Source of the DNA: Thermoplasmatota archaeon
Lineage (GTDB): Archaea; Thermoplasmatota; Penumbrarchaeia; Penumbrarchaeales; Penumbrarchaeaceae
Reading direction: 5' to 3'
Length of the DNA: 28,326 nt
Assembly (NCBI GenBank): GCA_965234725.1
Contig: CBDDUX010000052.1
Location: 1-28,326 of the forward strand
Both the position numbers and the translations under genes were made by a program. Positions 18,841-26,950 of this stretch are shown here, one piece after another. Numbering within the stretch: position 1 is the first letter of the stretch; every line of letters begins with the position of its first letter. Under the pieces are notes generated by a model. The model saw only the letters and a program-made list of their open reading frames with translations. It was not told the origin of the DNA and made no database searches.

Positions 18841-19944
18841 ATGATGACTGGTTACGAACTACCGATAAAGGATGACGTTCCGACAACGGTTAATGAGATG
18901 TTGAAGGATTGGTTGGTCAAAGGTAAGGTTGATGCCGTAATTGCCATGCAGGAAACCCCCACCGGAAAGTCCGCCTTTCCGGCAATGGTCTCCGATCCAT
19001 CAAAACTGAAAACGAATGTTTTCGCACCCCTACTACCTGTTTCCACCGGTACGATGTTATCTCGATTGACCAAGGTCAGAGGATTCGAGAAACCCGTGGC
19101 AGTGGTCCTCCGTTCCTGTGAACTGAGGGCTCTGGTGGAACTTGTCAAGCTGAACCAGGCAGATCTGATGAATATCATCCTGGTTGGTGTGGACTGTCCA
19201 GGGACATTCCCCATGAACACATTTTCCTCCTATCCAGGGAAGGAATCCCCCACTGATGCAGTGCTAAAAGGCGGTGAGGCCAGTAAATACATGAGGACCG
19301 CCTGTCTCAACTGCAAGGACCCGGTGGTGGACAAGGCGGATATCGTGATCGGGATCTACGGCGCTGACCTGAAGAAAGGTCTAATTCTGGATGTATTGAC
19401 AGATGCCGGAAATGGACTAATTGATGGTATGGAGCTCAAAGAGATCAAGGACTCCGGGAAGAGAAAGAAGGCCGTGGAAGAAGTGAGGAAGGAGAAGCAG
19501 AAGAACAGGGAGGCCTTCCTCAAGGAGAAGTCAGATATCAAAGGTATTGACAGGCTATTGGAGTTCTTCGATACCTGCGTCAACTGCCATAACTGCATGG
19601 GAGCATGCCCGATATGCTACTGCAAGGAGTGCCTTTTCGAGTCTTCGGTCTTCGACATGGAAGCCAATAAATACATGTCCAAATCCAAGGGAAAGGGGGC
19701 ATTCAAGACACCGACGGATTCCCTTCTGTTCCATGTTACGAGGTTCAACCACATGATACTCTCATGTGTGCAGTGCGGTCTTTGTGAGCAGGCCTGCCCA
19801 TCGAACATCCCACTCATGGATATAATCACAGGAATTGCCGAAAACGCCCAGAAGGAGTTCGAATACCTTCCGGGTTCCGATCCGGAGGCCCCCGTACCCA
19901 TGGTGGTCTACAGGGAGGAGGAATTCCAGGATGTGGGGGAGTGA
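18841..19944 (+). CDS. FdhB/FrhB-family iron-sulfur protein
   Basis: VAVVLRSCELRALVEL, GVDCPGT, RTACLNC, CVNCHNCMGACPICYCKEC and FHVTRFNHM..SCVQCGLCEQACP. Start 18841 or 18844 after GAGGTG. Confidence 0.8.
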   Translation: MMTGYELPIKDDVPTTVNEMLKDWLVKGKVDAVIAMQETPTGKSAFPAMVSDPSKLKTNVFAPLLPVSTGTMLSRLTKVRGFEKPVAVVLRSCELRALVELVKLNQADLMNIILVGVDCPGTFPMNTFSSYPGKESPTDAVLKGGEASKYMRTACLNCKDPVVDKADIVIGIYGADLKKGLILDVLTDAGNGLIDGMELKEIKDSGKRKKAVEEVRKEKQKNREAFLKEKSDIKGIDRLLEFFDTCVNCHNCMGACPICYCKECLFESSVFDMEANKYMSKSKGKGAFKTPTDSLLFHVTRFNHMILSCVQCGLCEQACPSNIPLMDIITGIAENAQKEFEYLPGSDPEAPVPMVVYREEEFQDVGE

Positions 19945-19947
19945 TGG

Positions 19948-20610
19948 ATGGAAGCCGTTGATTCGAGGAAGATCGATCCGAATTTCAAGTTCGAGATAGC
20001 CAAACAGGAAGGCGGAGAAGGCATAATGAAATGCTATGCCTGCGGAACCTGCACTGCGAGATGTCCCGAGATGGATGTCAAGGAGGAATGGAATCCCCGA
20101 ACTGTGATCAGGAAGGCATTGCTTGGCCTGAAGGAGGAGGTATTGACCTCGGAGTTCATCTGGATATGTTCGGCTCATTACAGATGTCTTGAAAAATGCC
20201 CCCAGAAGGTTAACGTAAAAGGATTGATGAACCAGATAAGGGAGCAGAGGATCAGAGATGATCAAGATGGGGTTGTAGTTGAAGGAAGGGATGATTCCTT
20301 CAAATACATGATAGCCGAAGGGGAGTCCGGAGGGGAGATCTACAACTGTTTCTCATGCGGGACATGTACTGCAGGCTGCCCCGAAAGGGACCTTGACCCG
20401 CTTTATTCCCCCAGGAAGGTCATCAAGGCATCGCTTCTGGGAATGAAAAAGAAGGTCTATGAGAACAGGTTCGTTGAGATCTGCTCCACGCATTACAGAT
20501 GTCTGGAGCAGTGTCCCCAGGGTGTCGAGATCCCTAAACTCATGTATGCGATCAGGGAACTGGCAATAAAGGAAGGATATTCAAGGGAGGGTCTTGATGA
20601 GTGCAGGTAG
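19948..20610 (+). CDS. Tandem-duplicated HdrC-like iron-sulfur protein
   Basis: Two repeats: CYACGTCTARCP..CSAHYRCLEKCPQ and CFSCGTCTAGCP..CSTHYRCLEQCPQ. Confidence 0.8.
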   Translation: MEAVDSRKIDPNFKFEIAKQEGGEGIMKCYACGTCTARCPEMDVKEEWNPRTVIRKALLGLKEEVLTSEFIWICSAHYRCLEKCPQKVNVKGLMNQIREQRIRDDQDGVVVEGRDDSFKYMIAEGESGGEIYNCFSCGTCTAGCPERDLDPLYSPRKVIKASLLGMKKKVYENRFVEICSTHYRCLEQCPQGVEIPKLMYAIRELAIKEGYSREGLDECR

Positions 20611-23600
20611 TACCACAGGAGCGGTTGCCGTAGTAGGAGGAGGAATTGCCGGTGTCCAGTCGGCACTGGACCTGGCCGATATGGGATTCAAGGTCTACCT
20701 TTTGGAGAAGAGTCCCGCAATAGGCGGGATCATGGCGATGCTGGACAAGACATTCCCCACCAACGACTGCTCGATGTGCATACTGTCACCGAAACTGGTG
20801 GATTGTTCCAGGCATCCCAATATCCATATCATGACACTTGCCGAAGTTAAAGGAGTCGAAGGCAAGGCTGGGAACTTCAAGGTAAAGGTCCATCAGAAAC
20901 CCAGGTACATTGACATCGAGAAATGTACCTCCTGCGGGGACTGCGAGTCGGTATGTCCGATCAAGATCCCATCTCAGTTCGAGCAGGGGCTCGTTATGAG
21001 GAAAGCGGCCTACAAATACTATGCTCAGGCCATCCCCAATTCCTTTGTTATCGATAAGGAGGGTATACCAGGCTACAGAGGCTGTATCGATTGCGGAGCT
21101 TGTACAAAAGCCTGTAAGGCCGGAGCCGTGGACCACTCCATGAAGGCAAAGGACCTAGAACTCGATGTTGGAGCTGTCATACTTGCCATGGGGTCGGCTC
21201 CGTTCGATCCCAAGATCAAGAGGGAATTGGGCTACGGCAGGTTCAAGAATGTTGTTACATCGCTTGAGTTCGAAAGGATCCTTTCGGCTTCAGGTCCTTA
21301 TGAAGGTAAGATCCTCAGACCCGGAGACGGAAAACATCCGAAGAAGATCGCATGGATCCAATGTGTGGGATCCCGTGACAGGAACATCGACCAGGAGTTC
21401 TGTTCCTCCATGTGCTGTATGTACACGGCCAAGGAGGCTGTGATCGCCAAGGAGCACGAGTCCTCGATAGAACCCACGATCTTCTACATCGATGTAAGAT
21501 CGTTCGGAAAGGATTTCGACAGGTATATCGAGAGGGCCAAGAAGGAGCAGGATATCAGATATGTCAGGTCCAGGATCTCGGAGATATACGAGAACGACTG
21601 CGGGGACCTTCAGATAAGGTATGAGGATACCGAAGGGGAACTCCATGAGGAGACCTATGACATGGTGGTCCTTTCGATAGGACTCTGCATGACGGGGGAT
21701 CGATCCAAGGTATTGAAGGACCTTGGTCTCGATGTGAACGATTTCGGTTTCGCTTTTTCGAACCAGAAGGACCCTGTTTCCCTTGTTAGACCTGGTATAT
21801 TCATGGCCGGGAGTTTCCTGGAGCCACAGGCGATCCCTGAAAGCGTGATGCAAGCTTCTGCTGCAGCATCACAGGTGGCTGCGCTCCTCAGGGATTCGAG
21901 AGGGTCCCTTGTTACTGCAAGACCGGAGTACAAGGAGAGGGATGTGAGCAAGGAGGAGGCCAGGATCGGTGTCTTCATCTGCCACTGCGGCATCAATATC
22001 GGCAGCCAGGTGGATGTTCCAAAGGTTGTGGAATATGCCAGGACACTACCGAACGTGGTCTATGCCAGTGACAATCTCTATACCTGTTCGGAGGACACCC
22101 AGATCAAACTTGGAGAGATAATAAAGAGTGAGAAACTGAACAGGGTGATCGTTGCCGCTTGCACCCCAAGGACCCATGAACCACTCTTCAAGAAATCGAT
22201 GGCAGAAGCGGGTCTTAACCCTCATCTTCTGGAGATGACGAACATCAGGGAACACTGCTCCTGGGTCCATTCAGATCCTGAATTGGCCACATTGAAGTCG
22301 AAGGAGCTAATATCCATGACAGTGGCCAAATCAAGGCTGCTGGAATCGATTCCTGCCATGAAGATCGATGTGGACCAGACGGCTCTGGTGATCGGGGGAG
22401 GGGTTGCAGGTATGACCTCTGCCATTTCTCTTGCCGATCAGGGATTCAAGACGGTCCTTCTGGAAAAAGAAGATAGACTTGGGGGGAGATTGAACTACCT
22501 CAGGTTCACTGTCGAGGGGATCGATATCGATGAACTGTTGAAGGACCTCAAAGGGAAGGTTGAGGGACACGAGAACATCGAGGTCATTTTAGGAGCTTCC
22601 ATTTCTGGAATAAAGGGATACGTGGGCAACTACGATGTCACGATCAAGAGCAATGAGGTTGAGAAGGAACACCGGATCGGTGCGATCGTGGTGGCTGCAG
22701 GGACCAGGGAGCATGTTCCCACTTCCTATGGTTATGGAGATGATGACAGGATCCTGACACAATCTGAGGTGGAGGGATATATCGGAGGGTTAAAACCGGG
22801 AGAGATCAGGTCAGGTGAGACCTTCGTCATGATCCAGTGCGTAGAATCCAGGGAGGGTGAAAGGAACTACTGCTCCCGGACCTGCTGTATGGGGTCTCTG
22901 AAGAACGCTCTTAAGATCAAGGAGATAAATCCAAGGGCAGAAGTATACATCCTTTATCGCGACCTCATGACATACGGTTTCTGGGAGAGATATTACAGGA
23001 AGGCCAGGGACCTTGGCGTCATTTTCATGCAGTATTCGATCGATGGTAAACCGGAAGTGGATATCGGTGAGAAGGTCTCCGTAAAGGTCATGGAACCCAT
23101 GCTCCAAGAAGAGATAGAGATAGGAGCGGATCACCTGATCCTTGCAACAGGGATGGACCCGATCGAAGATAACGAGGAGATCGCCAAGTTATTGAAGGTC
23201 CCTCTGAACCAGGACGGATATTTCCTGGAGGCCCATGTCAAATTGAGGCCAGTTGATTTTTCAACCAGAGGTGTCTACCTTGCAGGAAGCTGCCATACAC
23301 CCAAGTTCATAGGTGAATCCATCTACCAGGCCCAGGCAGCAGCTGCCAGAGCTGCCACGATATTATCCAGTCCAACCCTTGAGGCGGAACCCAACATTGC
23401 AGTCGTTGATGTCGACATGTGCTCCGGATGCAGGACCTGCATATCGCTCTGCCCCTACAACGCCATCGATTCCGTGACGGAGGAGATCGACGGGGTGGAG
23501 GTGACCCATGCACAGATCAATGAAGGATTATGCCAGGGATGCGGTACCTGTGTTGCAGCATGCCCCTCCGGTGCGATAAACCAGAGAGGGTTCAAGGACG

Positions 23601-23656
23601 ATCAGATACTTGCGATGATCAAAGCTCTTAGTACATGCTCCGGAGGTGGTAACTGA
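20597..23656 (+). CDS. hdrA: Large double-module HdrA (~1020 aa), intact
   Basis: GGGIAG module with ferredoxin insert and CSSMCC, internal GVFICHCG domain, second GGGVAG module with CSRTCC, and C-terminal 2[4Fe-4S]. Confidence 0.92.
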   Translation: MSAGSTTGAVAVVGGGIAGVQSALDLADMGFKVYLLEKSPAIGGIMAMLDKTFPTNDCSMCILSPKLVDCSRHPNIHIMTLAEVKGVEGKAGNFKVKVHQKPRYIDIEKCTSCGDCESVCPIKIPSQFEQGLVMRKAAYKYYAQAIPNSFVIDKEGIPGYRGCIDCGACTKACKAGAVDHSMKAKDLELDVGAVILAMGSAPFDPKIKRELGYGRFKNVVTSLEFERILSASGPYEGKILRPGDGKHPKKIAWIQCVGSRDRNIDQEFCSSMCCMYTAKEAVIAKEHESSIEPTIFYIDVRSFGKDFDRYIERAKKEQDIRYVRSRISEIYENDCGDLQIRYEDTEGELHEETYDMVVLSIGLCMTGDRSKVLKDLGLDVNDFGFAFSNQKDPVSLVRPGIFMAGSFLEPQAIPESVMQASAAASQVAALLRDSRGSLVTARPEYKERDVSKEEARIGVFICHCGINIGSQVDVPKVVEYARTLPNVVYASDNLYTCSEDTQIKLGEIIKSEKLNRVIVAACTPRTHEPLFKKSMAEAGLNPHLLEMTNIREHCSWVHSDPELATLKSKELISMTVAKSRLLESIPAMKIDVDQTALVIGGGVAGMTSAISLADQGFKTVLLEKEDRLGGRLNYLRFTVEGIDIDELLKDLKGKVEGHENIEVILGASISGIKGYVGNYDVTIKSNEVEKEHRIGAIVVAAGTREHVPTSYGYGDDDRILTQSEVEGYIGGLKPGEIRSGETFVMIQCVESREGERNYCSRTCCMGSLKNALKIKEINPRAEVYILYRDLMTYGFWERYYRKARDLGVIFMQYSIDGKPEVDIGEKVSVKVMEPMLQEEIEIGADHLILATGMDPIEDNEEIAKLLKVPLNQDGYFLEAHVKLRPVDFSTRGVYLAGSCHTPKFIGESIYQAQAAAARAATILSSPTLEAEPNIAVVDVDMCSGCRTCISLCPYNAIDSVTEEIDGVEVTHAQINEGLCQGCGTCVAACPSGAINQRGFKDDQILAMIKALSTCSGGGN

Positions 23657-24075
23657 TGGGAGACTTCGAGCCTTCGGTGGTCGCATTTCTGTGTAATTGG
23701 TGCTCGTATGCCGGAGCGGACCTTGCTGGTACTTCCCGGTTGAAATATCCTCCCAACGTCAGGTCCATTCGTGTCATGTGTTCCGGAAGGGTGGACCCGG
23801 TGTTCGTTCTGGATGCTATAAAGGAAGGGATCGATGGAGTGTTGGTGGCAGGATGTCATCCGGGGGACTGCCATTATCAATCCGGTAATTACAAGACCAA
23901 CAGGAAGGTCAAGCTGATCAAGAAGATGCTTTTCGAATTGAACATTGATCCCAAAAGGGTGAGGTTCGAGTTCATCTCCGCTTCCGAGGGTCAAAAGTTC
24001 GCAGATGTTGTAACGGATTTTGTGGGACAGCTCAAGGAAATGGGTCCCAATCCGCTTAAGGGGGAATGCCAGTGA
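23656..24075 (+). CDS. mvhD: MvhD [2Fe-2S] adaptor subunit, copy 2
   Basis: FLCNWCSYAGAD, RVMCSGRV and GCHPGDCHY; TGATG overlap with hdrA. Confidence 0.95.
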   Translation: MGDFEPSVVAFLCNWCSYAGADLAGTSRLKYPPNVRSIRVMCSGRVDPVFVLDAIKEGIDGVLVAGCHPGDCHYQSGNYKTNRKVKLIKKMLFELNIDPKRVRFEFISASEGQKFADVVTDFVGQLKEMGPNPLKGECQ

Positions 24076-25052
24076 CAGGAGAGAAACTGAAATTCGCATT
24101 CTACTGGGCTGCCAGCTGCGGGGGCTGCGAGATAGCGGTCCTTGACATAGATGAAAAGATCCTGGAGGTCGCAGCTGTCGCTGATATCCTCTTCTGGCCT
24201 GTTGCGATAGATACCAAATACTCTGATGTAGAGAAGATGGAAGATGGTTTCATCGATGTCTGTTTCTTCAACGGGGCCATCAGGAACTCGGAGCAGGAGG
24301 AACTGGCCCATTTATTGAGAAAGAAATCCAAGGTACTGGTGGCATTCGGCTCATGTGCGATGACCGGAGGAATTCCAGGGCTTGCAAATATGTCGAACAG
24401 GGAAGGTGTCTTTGATACCGTCTATCACGATAATGCATCCATAGAGAATCCTGATGGGACCGAACCCGAGGTGTCTTCTCAGGTTCCGGAGGGTGAACTG
24501 ACAATACCTGAATTCTATGATACTGTTAGGACCCTGGACCAGACAGTGGATGTCGATTACTACTTACCAGGTTGTCCACCACCAACCAACCTGATCCTGA
24601 CTGCGGTTGATGCGATAATCAAGGGAGAACTCCCCCCCAAAGGATCCGTGATCGCTCCTGCCAAATCGGTGTGTGATGAATGCAAGTACGAGAAATCCGA
24701 TAAGAGGATAACGGAGATCAAGAGAATATACGAAGTTGAGAAGCTGGAGGATAAATGTCTTCTCGAGCAGGGGATAATCTGCATGGGTCCTGCAACCAGA
24801 GGAGGGTGTGGGGCTCCTTGCACAGAAGCGAACATGGCCTGCACCGGTTGTGGAGGTCCCACTCCGAATTCTCTTGACCAGGGGGGGAAGATGATATCCG
24901 CTCTTGCTTCGATCCTTGGGTTGGACGGAGAGGAGAACTATTCCGATGAAGAGGTGGATGCTTTAATTGATAAAGTTGTGGACCCGATAGGGACCTTCTA
25001 CAAATACGGTCTTCCCTCTGCCCTTATCAAAAGGAAGGTGATGAAAAAATGA
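24066..25052 (+). CDS. mvhG: [NiFe]-hydrogenase small subunit, group 3c (MvhG)
   Basis: SCGGC, FGSCA, PGCPP, CDEC and CMGPATRGGC..C..CTGC; no Tat leader. Alternative start GTG 24072. Confidence 0.92.
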   Translation: MPVTGEKLKFAFYWAASCGGCEIAVLDIDEKILEVAAVADILFWPVAIDTKYSDVEKMEDGFIDVCFFNGAIRNSEQEELAHLLRKKSKVLVAFGSCAMTGGIPGLANMSNREGVFDTVYHDNASIENPDGTEPEVSSQVPEGELTIPEFYDTVRTLDQTVDVDYYLPGCPPPTNLILTAVDAIIKGELPPKGSVIAPAKSVCDECKYEKSDKRITEIKRIYEVEKLEDKCLLEQGIICMGPATRGGCGAPCTEANMACTGCGGPTPNSLDQGGKMISALASILGLDGEENYSDEEVDALIDKVVDPIGTFYKYGLPSALIKRKVMKK

Positions 25053-26506
25053 GGTCCGTCGTAATAGATCCCATTACCAGATTGGAAGGACATGGTAAGA
25101 TCAACATCTTCCTGGACGATAACGGGAATGTTGCCAATGCATACCTTCAGATTCCGGAGCTCCGTGGCTTCGAGAAGTTCGCTCAGGGAAGAAGAGCGGA
25201 GGATATGCCCCAGATCACATCACGGATTTGCGGAGTATGTCCGGTGGCACACCATTTTGCCGCTACCAAGACATTGGATTCTGCGTTCAAGGTGGACCCT
25301 CCAATCGCAGCAAAGAAGCTGAGAGAGCTGATGAACTGCGGTTATTACATCTACGACCACACGCTGCATTTCTATTACCTGGGAGGTCCTGATTTCGTTG
25401 TCGGACCTGATGCTCCACCTGGAAAGAGGAACATTCTTGGTGTGATCGAGAAGGCCGGTGTTGATATCGGCAAGGAAGTTATCAAGCACAGGGCATACGG
25501 GCAGAGGATCACTGCGATCCTTGGTGGAAAGGCAACACATCCTGTTTGCGGTCTACCCGGTGGTGTTTCCAAGGGATTGAACCGAGATGAAGTGAAAGAG
25601 ATAAAGGAGATGGGAAAGTCCTGCGTGGAATTCGCCAAGTTCTCCCTGGGTCTTTTCGAGGACATCGTGTTGAAGAACAAGGATTATGTGGATCTGATTA
25701 CCAAGGGTCCCTATCAATTGAATACTTACAACATGGGTCTGGTCGATGAGAAGAACAAGGTGAACTTCTACGATGGGGATATAAGAGTGAAGGATCCCGA
25801 TGGAAATGAATTCCTGAAGTTCAAAGTGGATGATTATCAGGAAGAGATAGCTGAAAGAGTGGAGAAATGGTCCTACATGAAGTTCCCGTATCTGAAGAAG
25901 GTCGGGTGGAAGGGCTTTGTTGATGGAAAGGATTCCGGTTTCTATAGGGTAGGACCTCTTGGAAGGTTGAATGCCTCTGACGGTATGGCAACCCCTCTGG
26001 CTCAGAAGGAATATGACAGGATGTACGAGATCCTGGGTGGGGATCCGATCAACTCAACATTGGCATTCCATTGGGCCAGATTGATAGAGTTGTTGTATGC
26101 GACAGAGAGGACCATGGAACTGGTTGACGATGAGGATGTTCTCTCAGATAAGATAAGGAATCCTGTTGGTGAACCCGGAGAAGGATTCGGTGTTGTGGAG
26201 GCTGCAAGAGGGACATTGATACATCACTATGATGTGGATGAGAACGGTCTCATAAAGAAGGCGAACCTCATTGTTGCTACAACGAACAATGCAGGTGCCA
26301 TCACCATGTCCGTCAGGGATGCTGCAAAGGGCCTGATCAAGAACGGAAATGTTACGGATGGGTTATTGAACATGGTTGAGATGGCCTTTCGTGCCTATGA
26401 TCCCTGTTTCGGTTGTGCAACCCATACAATGCCCGGACAGATGCCTCTAATTGCAAATATCTATGATAAGAACGAGAGATTGCTGAGGTCCATCAAGAGG
26501 GATTAG
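25049..26506 (+). CDS. mvhA: [NiFe]-hydrogenase large subunit, group 3c (MvhA)
   Basis: PITRLEGHG, L1 RICGVC and L2 RAYDPCFGCATH followed by a cleavable C-terminal extension. Confidence 0.95.
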   Translation: MRSVVIDPITRLEGHGKINIFLDDNGNVANAYLQIPELRGFEKFAQGRRAEDMPQITSRICGVCPVAHHFAATKTLDSAFKVDPPIAAKKLRELMNCGYYIYDHTLHFYYLGGPDFVVGPDAPPGKRNILGVIEKAGVDIGKEVIKHRAYGQRITAILGGKATHPVCGLPGGVSKGLNRDEVKEIKEMGKSCVEFAKFSLGLFEDIVLKNKDYVDLITKGPYQLNTYNMGLVDEKNKVNFYDGDIRVKDPDGNEFLKFKVDDYQEEIAERVEKWSYMKFPYLKKVGWKGFVDGKDSGFYRVGPLGRLNASDGMATPLAQKEYDRMYEILGGDPINSTLAFHWARLIELLYATERTMELVDDEDVLSDKIRNPVGEPGEGFGVVEAARGTLIHHYDVDENGLIKKANLIVATTNNAGAITMSVRDAAKGLIKNGNVTDGLLNMVEMAFRAYDPCFGCATHTMPGQMPLIANIYDKNERLLRSIKRD

Positions 26507-26950
26507 ATGAGGACCGTTGTGGTCGGTGTGGGTAATCCTATCCTTGGTGATGACGGGGTGGGGATACATGTTGCAAGGGACCTAAAGGGTAAATTGGAAG
26601 TGGATATCAGGGAGGCTTATACCGGTGGTTTGAACCTTCTGGACCTGATCATCGGTTATGATAGGGCGATCCTTGTAGACGCTGTGTATATGGAGGATAT
26701 GGCCATCGGTGAGGTCCGGGTGATGGGTTTGGATGAATTGGGGACGGCCCATTCCTCGAACCCCCATGATGCGACCTTGATGGAAGCGTTGGAGATGTCG
26801 AAAAGAATGGGGGAAGAGAGGATCCCCGAAGAGATAGTTCTTGTTGGAATAAAGATAGAGAGGGTGGATGAGTTCAGTGATGAATTGAGTCCCAAAGTGT
26901 CATCTTCAATAGAGAGGGCCTCTGAAGTGGTAAAAGAATTGATCGAATAA
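26507..26950 (+). CDS. Hydrogenase maturation endopeptidase (HyaD/HycI family)
   Basis: VVGVGNPILGDDGVG, LVDA and SNPH; immediately after mvhA. Confidence 0.93.
   Translation: MRTVVVGVGNPILGDDGVGIHVARDLKGKLEVDIREAYTGGLNLLDLIIGYDRAILVDAVYMEDMAIGEVRVMGLDELGTAHSSNPHDATLMEALEMSKRMGEERIPEEIVLVGIKIERVDEFSDELSPKVSSSIERASEVVKELIE

Noticed and set aside
10400-26506. Selenocysteine in HdrA, MvhD or MvhA
   Set aside because: The usual Sec positions are Cys codons (DCSSC/DCSMC, CNWC, GDCHY, DPCFGC). The in-frame TGA at 19942 is not at a Cys-equivalent site. The HdrA split is not a Sec artefact.
3226-26507. Amber (pyrrolysine or recoded TAG) readthrough. Three TAG stops are in frame with the next gene: mutase large to small subunit (3239), hdrA to hdrA-N::nuoE (12358/12359) and mvhA to protease (26506/26507).
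   Set aside because: Only 3 of the 8 TAG-ending genes show this, as expected by chance. Each downstream gene has its own SD, and the upstream proteins end at normal family lengths.
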